This document shows positions 7,913-19,432 of a DNA stretch of 44,639 nucleotides, one piece after another (the stretch's first letter is position 1; every line of letters starts with the position of its first letter). Both the position numbers and the translations under genes were made by a program. The stretch lies in the sequence record SRR31156797_1045; one strand, 5' to 3'. The notes below the pieces were generated by a model that made no database searches, was not told the origin of the DNA, and saw nothing but the letters and a program-made list of their open reading frames with translations.

Positions 7913-9058
7913 ATGAAAGCTTTACATTTTGGCGCCGGTAATATCGGCCGAGGCTTTATAGGTAAGCTACTCGCTGACGCAGGCATCCACGTTACTTTTA
8001 CTGATGTAAACGAAGTTGTAGTTAACGGATTAGCTGAAAGACAACAATATCCTGTAAACGTAGTTGGTGAAGACCGAGTAACAGAAATGGTTACTGGTGT
8101 TACTGCAATCAACTCAACTAACCCCTCACTTATTGACCTAATTGCACAAGTAGACATCATTACGACTGCAGTGGGTCCCACAGTTCTAAAAATCATTGCT
8201 AAATCTCTCGCTCAGGGACTTGAAAAACGAGTCAATAGCGGAGAAACTGCGCCCCTCAATATTATTGCATGTGAAAACATGGTCCGCGGTACAACTCAGC
8301 TTAAAGAAGCGGTATTTGAACTACTTAACGATGATGTAAGAGCGGCAGTTGAATCTACAGTTGGTTTTGTCGACTCTGCAGTAGATAGAATTGTACCACC
8401 AGCAGAAGAAGGCGAGACTGACCCGTTGGCAGTGACAGTTGAAACCTTCAGTGAATGGATTGTCGATCAAACTCAATTCAAGGGTGACATACCAAACATT
8501 CCTGGTATGGAGTGCACAGACAACTTAATGGCTTTTGTTGAGCGTAAACTGTTTACTCTGAATACTGGTCACTGTATTACCGCTTATTTAGGTAACCTCG
8601 AAGGACATAAAACGATTCGTGAAGCGATCGAAAATCCAAACATTCGCGAAGAAGTGAAAAAAGCGATGGAAGAAAGCGGTAAAGTGCTGATCAATCGCTA
8701 TGGTTTTGAGCCTCAAAAGCACGCTGAATATATTGAAAAAATCTTAGGTCGTTTTGCCAACCCTTACCTGATTGATGAAGTTGATCGCGTTGGTCGTCAA
8801 CCGATCAGAAAATTAGGTCCAAATGATAGATTGGTTAAGCCATTACTGGGTACTATTGAATACGGGCTAGAAAACGGAACATTGCTTAAAGGTATTGCAG
8901 CGGCATTGAAATATATCAATGATAGTGACCCTCAAGCAGTTGAACTACAGGCTTCATTAAAGGATATTGGCCCAGCAAAAACCATAGCCCATTACACTGG
9001 TTTAGAAGATAGCAGCAACGAAGTACAAAAAGTTGTACAGCTGTTTAATCAGCTTTGA
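7913..9058 (+). CDS. mtlD: Mannitol-1-phosphate 5-dehydrogenase
   Basis: Motifs [30 protein letters not shown] and [11 protein letters not shown]. Confidence 0.97.
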   Translation: MKALHFGAGNIGRGFIGKLLADAGIHVTFTDVNEVVVNGLAERQQYPVNVVGEDRVTEMVTGVTAINSTNPSLIDLIAQVDIITTAVGPTVLKIIAKSLAQGLEKRVNSGETAPLNIIACENMVRGTTQLKEAVFELLNDDVRAAVESTVGFVDSAVDRIVPPAEEGETDPLAVTVETFSEWIVDQTQFKGDIPNIPGMECTDNLMAFVERKLFTLNTGHCITAYLGNLEGHKTIREAIENPNIREEVKKAMEESGKVLINRYGFEPQKHAEYIEKILGRFANPYLIDEVDRVGRQPIRKLGPNDRLVKPLLGTIEYGLENGTLLKGIAAALKYINDSDPQAVELQASLKDIGPAKTIAHYTGLEDSSNEVQKVVQLFNQL

Positions 9059-9071
9059 TAAATGCAACTAC

Positions 9072-9097
9072 TACGAGGGGCACTTATGCCCCTCGTA
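9072..9097 (+). other. Intercistronic stem-loop between mtlD and mtlR
   Basis: Perfect 11-bp stem TACGAGGGGCA-ctta-TGCCCCTCGTA. Confidence 0.6.
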
Positions 9098-9114
9098 CTA
9101 TAATAGATTCCCAT

Positions 9115-9645
9115 ATGGTAGATACAATTAACGAAACTGACATTCTTGAAAGATTAAATAATGCGCCATCAGTTAGGGGGTATTTCATCACAGCAGTAGA
9201 AGTGTTCAGTGAAGCCATTGGTGCGCTAATGGAACGTATCTTTCGTAAAGACAATTTCGCGGTACAATCCGTCGTTGGCCCTTTATTGCATGATACTGGT
9301 CCGTTAGGGAACCTGTCAGTTCGCCTAAAGCTTCTATATGGCTTAGGGGTCTTACCTGATGATGTTTATCATGACATCGAGGGGATGATAAATATTCGTA
9401 ATCAGTTAAACAGCGATGTTGCAGAATATGAATTTACAACCCCCATACTCCTAACCAAAATCAAAGAGCTTAGTCTTGTGAAAAAGATGGGCATGATTCC
9501 TTTTGATAGTTTAGAACCTGACGATGACATCGACCTAGAATTTTATCAACTACAACTACAACGCCAGCAACAAATTATTAAATCAGGCCTTTCTCTAGCC
9601 ATCGTAGAAATATGCAATGAACTGGGCAAGGATAGCCCGTTCTGA
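9115..9645 (+). CDS. mtlR: Mannitol operon repressor
   Basis: Motifs ERLN, IFRKDNFAVQSVVGPLL and GPLGNLSVRLKLLYGLG, directly after mtlD. Start set at ATG 9115. Confidence 0.93.
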   Translation: MVDTINETDILERLNNAPSVRGYFITAVEVFSEAIGALMERIFRKDNFAVQSVVGPLLHDTGPLGNLSVRLKLLYGLGVLPDDVYHDIEGMINIRNQLNSDVAEYEFTTPILLTKIKELSLVKKMGMIPFDSLEPDDDIDLEFYQLQLQRQQQIIKSGLSLAIVEICNELGKDSPF

Positions 9646-9923
9646 TTGCTATATTCGTTAAGCCTATTCACTTCACCCAAAAAACGGGCTTTCAATTTCT
9701 GATTTCATGTATCCTCCTTCATTGAAACCTATTCACATCAGAAACCAAAGCAGTTTTCAATCAGATCGCAATCGCTTCAGCTTTAAGACTAACAACCACT
9801 TGCACACCTGTTTTGCCTAACCTTTGAATATACATGAACATAGAAATTACCGACTAAAGAGACTTAAAAATTTTAACGCCACTAGTGACTAGTTAATGAC
9901 GCTAGATAGGGGGAGGGCCTGAA

Positions 9924-10121
9924 TCATTTATTCCGAAGTGTTGCGGTTGGTAGAGTGTTGCTACCTAACATTAAGTCACGTCGGAATTCCAACTTCGATG
10001 TATAGCCAAGGCACTTCCATAGTTCTGGAGAATCTAGGCCGTATCCTTCAACCATCAATGATACCCATCCAATCCGGTTGTTCCTGATACCATTTTTAAT
10101 AACTTCAATTAGCGTTCTCAT
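9924..10121 (-). CDS. Small hypothetical protein (65 aa)
   Basis: ATG 10121 is preceded by a strong SD (GAGGAGGTG). The ORF fills otherwise empty space and is divergent from the AraC gene. Confidence 0.6.
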   Translation of the reverse strand: MRTLIEVIKNGIRNNRIGWVSLMVEGYGLDSPELWKCLGYTSKLEFRRDLMLGSNTLPTATLRNK

Positions 10122-10291
10122 AATCACCTCCTCTTCAATGTGATGGCTTCAGAGTAAGATTTTTGAGAACCACATCTAATGCAGAGTCATCAAGTTTCAA
10201 TACTATTTCGTCAAGTTATGGGAAAGAGGGAAAAAATAAGTACAATTTAGTCAAATTTCAGTACTTTTTGTTATTTTGGCGAGGGGTAGAT

Positions 10292-11170
10292 ATGGAAAGA
10301 GTAAAGTTTGAAAAGATTCCTCAACGCTCAGGTCTATCCTGGCGACATTTTATAAAGGAAGATTGCCGCGGTTTTTGCCAATGGCATTATCACAATGAAT
10401 TCGAACTTGTTTTACACCGCTATACTGAAGGGACTGGCTATGTTGGCCACTATCAAGGAGAGATCGGTCACAACACCCTTTGGCTGATCGCCCCCAACAC
10501 TCCACACTCCTTCAACTGTATGCCATGCGATGACGAACATCCTCCAGCGCGGCACAGCTTGTGGTTAAAACGTGATTGGCTTGCCAACATGATGTTCAGC
10601 TGTCTAGAGCTTCGCAAGCTGGAGTCTGTTTTCAAACGTGCAGAAAAAGGCATCGGCTTGTCTACCGAGTCAGGAGAACTGGCCTACCAACTACTCAAAG
10701 ATCTAACCAAGCACAGCCATATCAATCAACTCGCTATACTGTTGCAAATATTGGGATTGATTGCTGACGACAAACAAACCACGACTTTGCTTTCATTTTC
10801 AAATCAAAGTCAAAGAGACACTAATAGCAAATACAAATATGACCGCGCAAAAATAGAGAAACTCAGTCAGTTTATAGAAGAGCACTACCATCAACCGATT
10901 ACACTCGCCGATCTAGCCTTACAATTGAACACCAGTGAAAGCTCAGTTCATCGTATTTTTGAAGCTCACTTTTATGAGAGTTTTAGCCAATACCTAAAAA
11001 AGATTCGTCTTAATCACGCCGCAGAACTTCTAATTAGTACCGATTTACCCATTAGCTTAGTGGCCGAGAAGGTCGGCTATCATAACCAAGCCAACTTTAA
11101 TCGGCTTTTTAAAGGTTATAAAAAAACCACACCAAGACACTATCGCTGCCAGTTTGGGCAACAGGTGTAA
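10292..11170 (+). CDS. AraC-family transcriptional regulator with an N-terminal cupin domain
   Basis: Cupin motifs WHYHNEFEL and PNTPH, and C-terminal double HTH (ITLADLA, VAEKVGYHNQANFNRLFK..TPRHYR). Start ATG 10292 follows GAGGGG. Confidence 0.9.
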   Translation: MERVKFEKIPQRSGLSWRHFIKEDCRGFCQWHYHNEFELVLHRYTEGTGYVGHYQGEIGHNTLWLIAPNTPHSFNCMPCDDEHPPARHSLWLKRDWLANMMFSCLELRKLESVFKRAEKGIGLSTESGELAYQLLKDLTKHSHINQLAILLQILGLIADDKQTTTLLSFSNQSQRDTNSKYKYDRAKIEKLSQFIEEHYHQPITLADLALQLNTSESSVHRIFEAHFYESFSQYLKKIRLNHAAELLISTDLPISLVAEKVGYHNQANFNRLFKGYKKTTPRHYRCQFGQQV

Positions 11171-11215
11171 ATCCAAAAAGCCCATGCGTTAAAACTTCTG
11201 GCTATCAGAAACAAC

Positions 11216-11241
11216 AAAGCCCCGACTTACGTCGAGGCTTT
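11216..11241. terminator. Terminator hairpin between the AraC gene and tRNA-Leu
   Basis: AAAGCCCCGAC-ttac-GTCGAGGCTTT. Confidence 0.65.
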
Positions 11242-11253
11242 ATCGTTTAAATA

Positions 11254-11338
11254 TGGTACCGGTAGGCGGACTTGAACCGCCACGCCCGAAGGCAACGGAT
11301 TTTGAATCCGTCGTGTATACCAATTTCACCATACCGGC
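11254..11338 (-). tRNA. tRNA-Leu(CAA)
   Basis: The minus strand reads GCCGGTATGGTGAAATTGGTATACACGACGGATT-CAA-AATCCGT...GGTTCAAGTCC...ACCA, 85 nt with a long variable arm and encoded CCA. Confidence 0.97.
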
Positions 11339-11367
11339 ATCTAGGCTATTGCCTTATGATGATTGGG

Positions 11368-11395
11368 ATTATACGTAAGAAAACCGTTGGTGCAA
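11368..11395 (-). promoter_or_regulatory. sigma70 promoter of tRNA-Leu
   Basis: The minus strand reads TTGCAC-N16-TATAAT. Confidence 0.7.
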
Positions 11396-11527
11396 TAGCA
11401 ATATATTGAAATTGAAATCATTTGCTGATTATTTCGCCATAAAACCCGAACCTGTGCGCTCGCTCTCTTTTCAGGGCACAATAGAGCCTATATCCTTGCC
11501 GCCATCACTACAGGAACAAAAATCGTT

Positions 11528-12001
11528 ATGAACTCAACTTCTTTGCCACCGGCTGGCTTTTTTCGCCGTTTAGGCGCTTTAATTTATGACTCTCTCATTA
11601 TCATGGCAATTCTGATGATCGCTGGCGGTGTGGTTGTCGCAGTAATGGAAGCATTGGTTGCAGCCGGTCTTATGAGCTACGGTCAATACCAAGACGCAAG
11701 TGACCTACTTACTCATCATCCGATTTGGAATCCAGTTTATACCCTCTATCTAGCTTTTGTGTGGATCTATTTTTTCGTCTATTTCTGGACTCGAGCTGGC
11801 CAAACCTTAGGAATGAGAGCTTGGAAAATGGTTGTCCAAAATACCAATGGTAACCGAATCACCACCACGCAAGCTCTAATTCGATTAGCGACTTCCGTGT
11901 TTGGTTTAGGCAACCTTACTGTTCCTATCGATCCTAAAAAACGCAGTTTTCAGGATATGTGGGCAAAGACAGAGGTCGTCGTATTGCCTAAAGTTCGTTA
12001 G
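11528..12001 (+). CDS. RDD family membrane protein
   Basis: Motifs AGFFRRLGALIYD, GQTLGMRAWK and QDMWAKTEVV. Confidence 0.9.
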   Translation: MNSTSLPPAGFFRRLGALIYDSLIIMAILMIAGGVVVAVMEALVAAGLMSYGQYQDASDLLTHHPIWNPVYTLYLAFVWIYFFVYFWTRAGQTLGMRAWKMVVQNTNGNRITTTQALIRLATSVFGLGNLTVPIDPKKRSFQDMWAKTEVVVLPKVR

Positions 12002-12022
12002 TTATCATCTAGTTCTATTAAT

Positions 12023-12052
12023 AAAAAAGGAAGGCTGTCGCCTTCCTTTTTT
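12023..12052. terminator. Bidirectional terminator between RDD and lptG
   Basis: AAAAAAGGAAGGC-tgtc-GCCTTCCTTTTTT. Confidence 0.9.
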
Positions 12053-12055
12053 ATT

Positions 12056-13126
12056 TTACAATTTTCGCCTTAACAACAGCAGTGCTATGGTCAGGAATAC
12101 TAAGCTTGGGGCCACAGCACCAATAACGGGAGGCATGTTATACACCAAACTCAGCGGGCCAAAAAACTCACTGGATATATAGAAAGTAAAACCAGCGATG
12201 ACACCGGATAGAATTCTCGCCCCCATGGTCACACTACGCAGAGGACCAAAAATGAACGACAAGGCCATTAGCATCATTACCGCAATAGAAAATGGCTGAG
12301 AGACCTTACGCCAAAAAGCCAATTCATAGCGAGAGGCATCTTGCTCTGAAGCTTTCAAATAGTGCACATAATCATACAAGCCACTCAACGCAAGTTCTTC
12401 TGGTTTTACCGTCACAACCGCTAACTTATCGGGTGCTAATGCCGTATTCCAACGATATTCAGGCAATGACTTTTTAGTGATGACGATATCGTCTTTCATA
12501 TCAGTGATTTGAACGTCCTTCATCAGCCAGTCGTTTTCACCGATGTAATCCACCTGCTGGGCAAAATATACCTGACGTAAGTGCTTATTTTCATCGAAAC
12601 GCCACATATTTAAACCGTACAGCCGATTATCGTTAATTTTACCGATAAAGATGAAGTCATTAGCATCCTTAGCCCAAACACCGCTACGCACCGATAGAAT
12701 CTTACCACCCGATGTCGCAAATGAACGCATATCTCGCGCCATTTTCTGCGCTTGCGGTGCGCCCCACTCTCCTAAAAGCGTGATGATAATCATCAGCGGA
12801 ACTGCCGTTTTTAATACCGATAAACCAATGTCGAGCTTAGAAAAGCCAGCCGCTTGCATAACAACAAGTTCTGAGCTTGCCGCTAAAGCACCCAAACCAA
12901 TCAAAGCACCTAACAGGGCTGCCATTGGGAAAAACATTTCGATATCACGCGGGACACTCAGCAGAACAAAAATCAGTGCTTGCAAAAGGTCATAAGTCCC
13001 TTCGCCGACTTTGCGTAGCTGTTCAACGTATTTGATGATTCCTGACAGACCAACAAAAGTCACAAGTACCAAGGTACTGGTAGAAATAATGGTGCGTCCG
13101 ATATACCAATCTAAAATCTTAAACAC
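12056..13126 (-). CDS. lptG: LPS export ABC permease LptG
   Basis: Motifs ILDWYIGR, SELVVMQAAG and FGPLRS, paired with lptF. Confidence 0.95.
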   Translation of the reverse strand: MFKILDWYIGRTIISTSTLVLVTFVGLSGIIKYVEQLRKVGEGTYDLLQALIFVLLSVPRDIEMFFPMAALLGALIGLGALAASSELVVMQAAGFSKLDIGLSVLKTAVPLMIIITLLGEWGAPQAQKMARDMRSFATSGGKILSVRSGVWAKDANDFIFIGKINDNRLYGLNMWRFDENKHLRQVYFAQQVDYIGENDWLMKDVQITDMKDDIVITKKSLPEYRWNTALAPDKLAVVTVKPEELALSGLYDYVHYLKASEQDASRYELAFWRKVSQPFSIAVMMLMALSFIFGPLRSVTMGARILSGVIAGFTFYISSEFFGPLSLVYNMPPVIGAVAPSLVFLTIALLLLRRKL

Positions 13127-13129
13127 GGC

Positions 13130-14233
13130 TTAAGCTACCTTTCTCTTCTGTTTAAACTTATCTTTCAGTTTTCTCACTGCTACGCTGTCCGTCATGTTGG
13201 CGAGGATTGCGGCTATCAATAACGCGGCATTGATCGGCCACATACCGACCATCGTTGGGATGCTACCATCTTCAATAGCCGATTTAGTTGCACTGATCGC
13301 CAAGAAGTAAGCCAAATAAATCAATATCGCAGGGCCCATTTTAGCGAAGCGTCCCTGACGAGGGTTAACGGCTGATAATGGGACAACAAGCATGGTGAGC
13401 AGAGGGATACAAACCACCAGCGAGATACGCCATTGAAGTTCAGCTTGTGCCTGTTTACTTGGGTTTTTCATCAATTCTAAAGTTGGAATTGCCTCCCAAT
13501 CACGACCTTTCTGCTTGACTTCTCGTTGCCCAATCAAGCCTTCATATTCATCGAACTTGGTGAACATATAGTTGACGCTGGTGGGTACACCTTCATAACG
13601 CGTACCTTCGTACATGGTAATCACCTGACGACCATCACTCAGCTCTTTAACATCGCCATAGTTAGAAAACATCACGCTAGGCAGAATAGACTCTCGTGGT
13701 GCTAATTGAGCAACAAACACGTTAGACAGTTTACGGTTTTCTATGTTGTCGATAAATACAACAGAAGAGCCATCAGGAGAGCGTTGGAACTGCCCTTTCT
13801 GTAACAAATCAACACTATTTTCTGAAGCCAACTGCTCCATTAACTGCGCTTCTTTATCCTGACTCCATGGCGAGAGCCACATAGAGTTAAATGCCGCTGC
13901 ACTCGCAGTAATAATCGCAAGATACAAAGCCGCCCTGACTAAGAACTTGTTACCAATGCCTGTGGCATTCATTACGGTAATTTCACTTTCGGCATACAAG
14001 CGACCAAAAGTAAGCAGAATACCGATATAGAGACTCAGCGGCAGCATTAACAATCCCATCGCAGGCATATTCAAACCAACAATGGATAAAATCATTCGAG
14101 CTGGAATTTCACCGTCTGAAGCGTCCGCCAACACGCGGATAAACTTTTGGCTTAAAAACACTAAAAATAATACGAAAAATATCGCAAATTGACTTTTAAG
14201 TGTCTCGCGGATCAAATATCTAACAATAATCAC
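13130..14233 (-). CDS. lptF: LPS export ABC permease LptF
   Basis: Motifs MIIVRYLIRETLK, GRLYAESEITVM and VNPRQGR, divergent from pepA. Confidence 0.95.
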   Translation of the reverse strand: MIIVRYLIRETLKSQFAIFFVLFLVFLSQKFIRVLADASDGEIPARMILSIVGLNMPAMGLLMLPLSLYIGILLTFGRLYAESEITVMNATGIGNKFLVRAALYLAIITASAAAFNSMWLSPWSQDKEAQLMEQLASENSVDLLQKGQFQRSPDGSSVVFIDNIENRKLSNVFVAQLAPRESILPSVMFSNYGDVKELSDGRQVITMYEGTRYEGVPTSVNYMFTKFDEYEGLIGQREVKQKGRDWEAIPTLELMKNPSKQAQAELQWRISLVVCIPLLTMLVVPLSAVNPRQGRFAKMGPAILIYLAYFLAISATKSAIEDGSIPTMVGMWPINAALLIAAILANMTDSVAVRKLKDKFKQKRKVA

Positions 14234-14423
14234 GCTGAAATTACCTATACAAAACTTGTTTTTTTGATGGAATCACTATAATTTCTCGTTGAATCTTTTA
14301 TTTTTTTAATTTTTGACTAACTGTTAGTACACTTAACAAAGAAGTAATCCGATAAGGATTCAACAAGTGTAGATGCATTATCTAACATTTAGTTCTATTT
14401 GTCTTCAAGATGTAGGAGTACGC

Positions 14424-15932
14424 ATGGAGTTCAGTGTTAAAAGTGGTAGCCCTGAAAAACAACGCAGCGCATGTATTGTTGTTGGGGTATTCGAACCACG
14501 TCGCCTTTCTCCAGTCGCAGAACAGCTAGATAAGATCAGCGACGGTTATATTAGTTCATTACTTCGTCGTGGTGATCTCGAAGGTAAACCAGGACAGATG
14601 CTTCTTCTGCATCAAGTACCAGGTGTACTTTCTGAACGCGTATTACTAGTTGGTTGCGGTAAAGAGCGCGAACTAGGTGAGCGACAATACAAAGAAATCA
14701 TTCAAAAAACCATCAGTACATTGAACGAAACAGGTTCAATGGAAGCGGTATGCTTTTTGACTGAATTACACGTAAAAGGTCGTGATACCTACTGGAAAGT
14801 TCGTCAAGCTGTTGAAGCAACAAAAGATGGACTTTACACCTTCGACCAATTCAAAACAATCAAACCAGAAACTCGTCGCCCTCTGCGTAAGCTCGTATTC
14901 AACGTACCAACACGTCGTGAACTCAGCTTAGGTGAACGCGCTATCTCTCACGGTTTGGCAGTAGCATCGGGTGTTAAAGCGTCTAAAGATCTTGGCAACA
15001 TGCCGCCAAACGTCGCTAACCCTGCGTATCTGGCTTCTCAAGCTCGTCGTCTTGCTGATGATTACGAAACCGTAACCACCAAGATTATTGGTGAAGAAGA
15101 GATGGAAAAACTGGGTATGACCTCATACCTTGCTGTTGGTCGTGGTTCGAAAAACGAATCCATGATGTCCATCATCGAATACAAAGGTAATCCTGACGCA
15201 GATGCGAAACCAATCGTACTGGTTGGTAAAGGTCTAACTTTCGATTCAGGCGGTATTTCACTTAAACCAGGCGAAGGCATGGATGAGATGAAATACGATA
15301 TGTGTGGCGCAGCTTCAGTATTCGGTGCGATGAAAGCATTGGCTAAGCTAAATCTACCTATCAACGTAACTGGTGTTCTGGCGGGTTGTGAAAACATGCC
15401 AGGTAGCAATGCTTACCGTCCGGGTGACATTCTAACCACTATGTCTGGTCAAACTGTTGAAGTTCTTAACACTGATGCGGAAGGTCGCTTAGTTCTGTGT
15501 GATGCACTGACTTACGTTGAACGCTTTGAACCTGACTGTGTTGTTGACGTTGCAACACTCACTGGCGCATGTGTTATCGCGCTGGGTCATCATATCAGCG
15601 GTGTGGTTTCAAACCACAACCCTCTTGCTCACGAGCTAGTAAACGCTTCAGAGCAAGCAAGTGACCGCGCATGGCGTCTACCAATGGCAGACGAATACCA
15701 TGAACAGTTGAAGAGCCCATTCGCTGATATGGCGAACATCGGTGGCCGCCCTGGCGGTACAATCACTGCAGGCTGTTTCTTGTCGAAATTCGCTAAGAAG
15801 TACAACTGGGCACACCTGGACATCGCAGGTACAGCTTGGAAGTCAGGCGCAGCGAAAGGCTCAACAGGCCGTCCGGTCTCAATGCTTGTCCAATTCTTGC
15901 TTAACCGCAGTGGCCAAGAGACAGAGGAATAA
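14424..15932 (+). CDS. pepA: Leucyl aminopeptidase A
   Basis: Motifs [27 protein letters not shown] and NTDAEGRL. Start ATG 14424 follows AGGAG. Confidence 0.97.
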   Translation: MEFSVKSGSPEKQRSACIVVGVFEPRRLSPVAEQLDKISDGYISSLLRRGDLEGKPGQMLLLHQVPGVLSERVLLVGCGKERELGERQYKEIIQKTISTLNETGSMEAVCFLTELHVKGRDTYWKVRQAVEATKDGLYTFDQFKTIKPETRRPLRKLVFNVPTRRELSLGERAISHGLAVASGVKASKDLGNMPPNVANPAYLASQARRLADDYETVTTKIIGEEEMEKLGMTSYLAVGRGSKNESMMSIIEYKGNPDADAKPIVLVGKGLTFDSGGISLKPGEGMDEMKYDMCGAASVFGAMKALAKLNLPINVTGVLAGCENMPGSNAYRPGDILTTMSGQTVEVLNTDAEGRLVLCDALTYVERFEPDCVVDVATLTGACVIALGHHISGVVSNHNPLAHELVNASEQASDRAWRLPMADEYHEQLKSPFADMANIGGRPGGTITAGCFLSKFAKKYNWAHLDIAGTAWKSGAAKGSTGRPVSMLVQFLLNRSGQETEE

Positions 15933-15943
15933 TCCTCTCTGAT

Positions 15944-15968
15944 AAAAAGGGCCGAAAGGCCCTTTTTT
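15944..15968 (+). terminator. Intrinsic terminator after pepA
   Basis: AAAAAGGGCC-gaaa-GGCCCTTTTTT. Confidence 0.85.
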
Positions 15969-15987
15969 AATGAATAAGAATTTAACT

Positions 15988-16437
15988 ATGGCAACAGCTA
16001 CCTTCTATATCGTCAAAGCGGATAGCCCACAGAGCTCTCAAAAAGGGTTCAATGATTACGTGGTCTATCTCTGCCAGCACTTTTCCCGTCAAGGCGCAAA
16101 AGTGTATGTACAGTGCGACGATAAAACTCACGCAGAACAAATTGCGGAGTACTTTTGGCAGGTGGAGCCCAGTGAATTTCTTGCCCATAATCTAGTGGGT
16201 GAAGGTCCAAAATACGGGACCAACATTGAGATTGGGCACGTCGGTGTCAAGCCATCCTGGAACCGACAATTAGTAATAAATTTGGCCGATAATCATACAA
16301 CCTTTGCGAACGCCTTTGCAGAGGTGGTAGACTTCGTCCCCTGCGAAGAAAAAGCCAAGCAATTAGCGCGGGAAAGATACAAACTTTATCGCCAAGCCGG
16401 GTATCAATTGCAGACAATCGAAATCCAGTATCCCTAA
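15988..16437 (+). CDS. holC: DNA polymerase III chi subunit
   Basis: Motifs ATFY, FLAHNLVGEGP and VDFVP..KQLARERYK, located between pepA and valS. Confidence 0.93.
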   Translation: MATATFYIVKADSPQSSQKGFNDYVVYLCQHFSRQGAKVYVQCDDKTHAEQIAEYFWQVEPSEFLAHNLVGEGPKYGTNIEIGHVGVKPSWNRQLVINLADNHTTFANAFAEVVDFVPCEEKAKQLARERYKLYRQAGYQLQTIEIQYP

Positions 16438-16550
16438 ACCAACTGGATAACAAAAAAGGTCCATCCTTATAGTTAAGCTCTCTTACCCAAGAGAACTCAC
16501 TTATAGCGATAGACTTAAATTAACCATCAAAGTATCCATTTAAGAGCACT

Positions 16551-19412
16551 ATGGAAAAGACATATAACCCAACATCAATCGAACAAGATCTGTATAAGAC
16601 TTGGGAAGAAAAAGGCTACTTTAAGCCTCACGGTGACACATCAAAAGACGCATACAGCATCATGATCCCGCCACCGAACGTCACTGGTAGCCTACACATG
16701 GGTCACGCATTCCAAGATACCATTATGGATACCTTGATTCGTTGCCAACGTATGAAGGGTAAAAACACGCTTTGGCAAGTGGGTACAGACCACGCAGGTA
16801 TCGCAACTCAAATGGTTGTTGAGCGTAAGATCGCTGCAGAAGAAGACAAAACTAAGCACGATTACGGCCGTGAAGCATTCATCGATAAAATCTGGGAATG
16901 GAAGAACGAGTCAGGCGGCACGATCACTAAGCAGCTTCGTCGCTTAGGTGCATCTGTAGACTGGGATCGTGAACGTTTCACTATGGATGACGGTTTTTAT
17001 AAAGCAGTGCAGGAAGTGTTTGTTCGTCTGTACAAAGATGACCTCATCTACCGTGGTAAGCGTCTGGTTAACTGGGATCCAAAACTGCACACTGCAATTT
17101 CAGATCTTGAAGTTGAAAATAAAGACGTTAAAGGCAACATGTGGCACTTCCGTTACCCGCTTGCAGATGGTGCAAAAACGGCTGAAGGCAAAGATTACAT
17201 CGTTGTTGCAACGACTCGTCCTGAAACCATGCTTGGTGATACAGGTGTTGCAGTAAATCCGGAAGACCCGCGTTACAAAGATCTTATCGGTAAACAAATC
17301 ATCCTTCCTCTCGTTGATCGTCGTATTCCTATCGTAGGTGACGAGCACGCAGATATGGAAAAAGGCACTGGCTGTGTGAAAATCACACCTGCGCACGACT
17401 TCAACGACTACGAGGTTGGTAAGCGCCACCAGCTACCAATGATCAACATCTTCACTTTTGATGCGAACGTTCGCGATGCGGCGGAAGTATTTAACTCAAA
17501 TGGTGAAGCAAGCGAAGCTTACAGCACAGAACTTCCAGCTAAATATCAAGGTATGGAGCGTTTTGCTGCACGTAAAGCAATCGTGGCTGAATTTGAAGAG
17601 CTTGGTTTATTAGACGAAATTAAAGATCACGACCTAACCGTTCCATACGGTGACCGTGGTGGTGTGGTTATCGAACCAATGCTGACTGACCAATGGTACG
17701 TACGCGCAGGTATTCTTGCTGAGCCAGCGGTTAAAGCGGTTGAAGATGGTGACATCCAATTCGTGCCAAAACAGTACGAAAACATGTACTTCTCTTGGAT
17801 GCGTGATATTCAAGACTGGTGTATCTCTCGTCAACTTTGGTGGGGTCACCGCATCCCAGCTTGGTACGATTCTGAAGGCAATGTCTATGTTGGCCGTACT
17901 GAAGAAGAAGTTCGTGCAGAAAACAACATTCCGGCTGATGTAGCACTAAACCAAGACGAAGACGTACTGGATACGTGGTTCTCTTCTGCGCTTTGGACAT
18001 TCGGTACTCTTGGCTGGCCTGAGAAGACTGACGCACTGAAAGTATTCCACCCATCTGAAGTATTGGTGACAGGTTTTGACATCATCTTCTTCTGGGTTGC
18101 TCGTATGATCATGATGACCATGCACTTCATCAAAGATGAAGACGGCAAACCACAAGTACCTTTCAAAACGGTTTACGTTACGGGTCTAATCCGCGACGAA
18201 AACGGCGACAAGATGTCGAAATCGAAAGGTAACGTGCTTGACCCAATCGATATGATCGACGGTATTGATCTTGAGTCACTGGTCACTAAGCGTACCGGTA
18301 ACATGATGCAGCCTCAGCTTGCTAAGAAGATCGAGAAGAACACGCGTAAGACTTTCGAAAACGGTATTGAACCATACGGTACCGATGCACTGCGCTTTAC
18401 TCTTGCCGCTATGGCTTCTACAGGTCGTGATATCAACTGGGATATGAAACGTCTGGAAGGTTACCGTAACTTCTGTAACAAACTATGGAACGCTAGCCGT
18501 TACGTACTGATGAATACAGAAGAGCAAGATTGCGGCTTCGCTGAAGGTGCTGAACTAGAGTACTCACTAGCAGACAAGTGGATCGAATCTCAGTTTGAAC
18601 TTGCAGCTAAAGCGTTCAACGAGCACATCGACAACTACCGTCTGGATATGGCAGCAAACACGCTGTATGAGTTCATCTGGAACCAATTCTGTGACTGGTA
18701 CCTAGAGCTGACTAAACCTGTATTGTGGAAAGGCACTGAAGCGCAGCAACGCGCAACACGTCGCACGCTTATCACAGTACTTGAGAAAACACTGCGTCTT
18801 GCTCACCCAGTACTGCCATACATCACTGAAACTATCTGGCAGAGCATCAAGCCACTAGTCGACGGTGTTGAAGGCGAGACAATCATGCTTCAGGCACTTC
18901 CTCAATACGATGCTGAAAACTTCCACCAGGAAGCTCTGGATGACATCGAATGGGTGAAATCGTTTATTACTGGTATTCGTAACCTGCGTGCAGAGTACGA
19001 TATCAACCCAGGTAAACCACTTGAAGTGATGCTGAAAGTTGCAAGCGAGAAAGATTCACAGCGTTTGGAAGCGAACAAGCAAGTACTGGTATCTCTGGCG
19101 AAGCTTGAAAGCGTACGCGTACTCGCTGAAGGGGAAACCACTCCAGCATGTGCGACTGCTCTTGTTGCGAAATCTGAACTGATGATCCCAATGGCTGGTC
19201 TTATCGATAAAGATGCAGAATTGGCTCGTTTAGCGAAAGAAGTGACGAAAACTGAAGGCGAAATCAAACGTATCGAAGGTAAGCTAAGTAACGAAGGCTT
19301 CGTTGCTAAAGCACCTGAGCAAGTAATTGCTAAAGAGCGTGAGAAACTGGAAGGTTACAAAGAAACACTCGCTAAATTAGAAGAGCAGCAAGCGACAATC
19401 GCTGCGCTTTAA
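16551..19412 (+). CDS. valS: Valine--tRNA ligase
   Basis: Motifs [13 protein letters not shown] and KMSKS, with a C-terminal coiled coil. 953 aa. Confidence 0.98.
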   Translation: MEKTYNPTSIEQDLYKTWEEKGYFKPHGDTSKDAYSIMIPPPNVTGSLHMGHAFQDTIMDTLIRCQRMKGKNTLWQVGTDHAGIATQMVVERKIAAEEDKTKHDYGREAFIDKIWEWKNESGGTITKQLRRLGASVDWDRERFTMDDGFYKAVQEVFVRLYKDDLIYRGKRLVNWDPKLHTAISDLEVENKDVKGNMWHFRYPLADGAKTAEGKDYIVVATTRPETMLGDTGVAVNPEDPRYKDLIGKQIILPLVDRRIPIVGDEHADMEKGTGCVKITPAHDFNDYEVGKRHQLPMINIFTFDANVRDAAEVFNSNGEASEAYSTELPAKYQGMERFAARKAIVAEFEELGLLDEIKDHDLTVPYGDRGGVVIEPMLTDQWYVRAGILAEPAVKAVEDGDIQFVPKQYENMYFSWMRDIQDWCISRQLWWGHRIPAWYDSEGNVYVGRTEEEVRAENNIPADVALNQDEDVLDTWFSSALWTFGTLGWPEKTDALKVFHPSEVLVTGFDIIFFWVARMIMMTMHFIKDEDGKPQVPFKTVYVTGLIRDENGDKMSKSKGNVLDPIDMIDGIDLESLVTKRTGNMMQPQLAKKIEKNTRKTFENGIEPYGTDALRFTLAAMASTGRDINWDMKRLEGYRNFCNKLWNASRYVLMNTEEQDCGFAEGAELEYSLADKWIESQFELAAKAFNEHIDNYRLDMAANTLYEFIWNQFCDWYLELTKPVLWKGTEAQQRATRRTLITVLEKTLRLAHPVLPYITETIWQSIKPLVDGVEGETIMLQALPQYDAENFHQEALDDIEWVKSFITGIRNLRAEYDINPGKPLEVMLKVASEKDSQRLEANKQVLVSLAKLESVRVLAEGETTPACATALVAKSELMIPMAGLIDKDAELARLAKEVTKTEGEIKRIEGKLSNEGFVAKAPEQVIAKEREKLEGYKETLAKLEEQQATIAAL

Positions 19413-19432
19413 GCTCAACCAGACAAGATATT

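Noticed and set aside
9768..9781. Cra/FruR-like site (GCTGAAGCGATTGC on the minus strand)
   Set aside because: It lies between two convergent gene ends with no promoter nearby, so it is probably a chance match.
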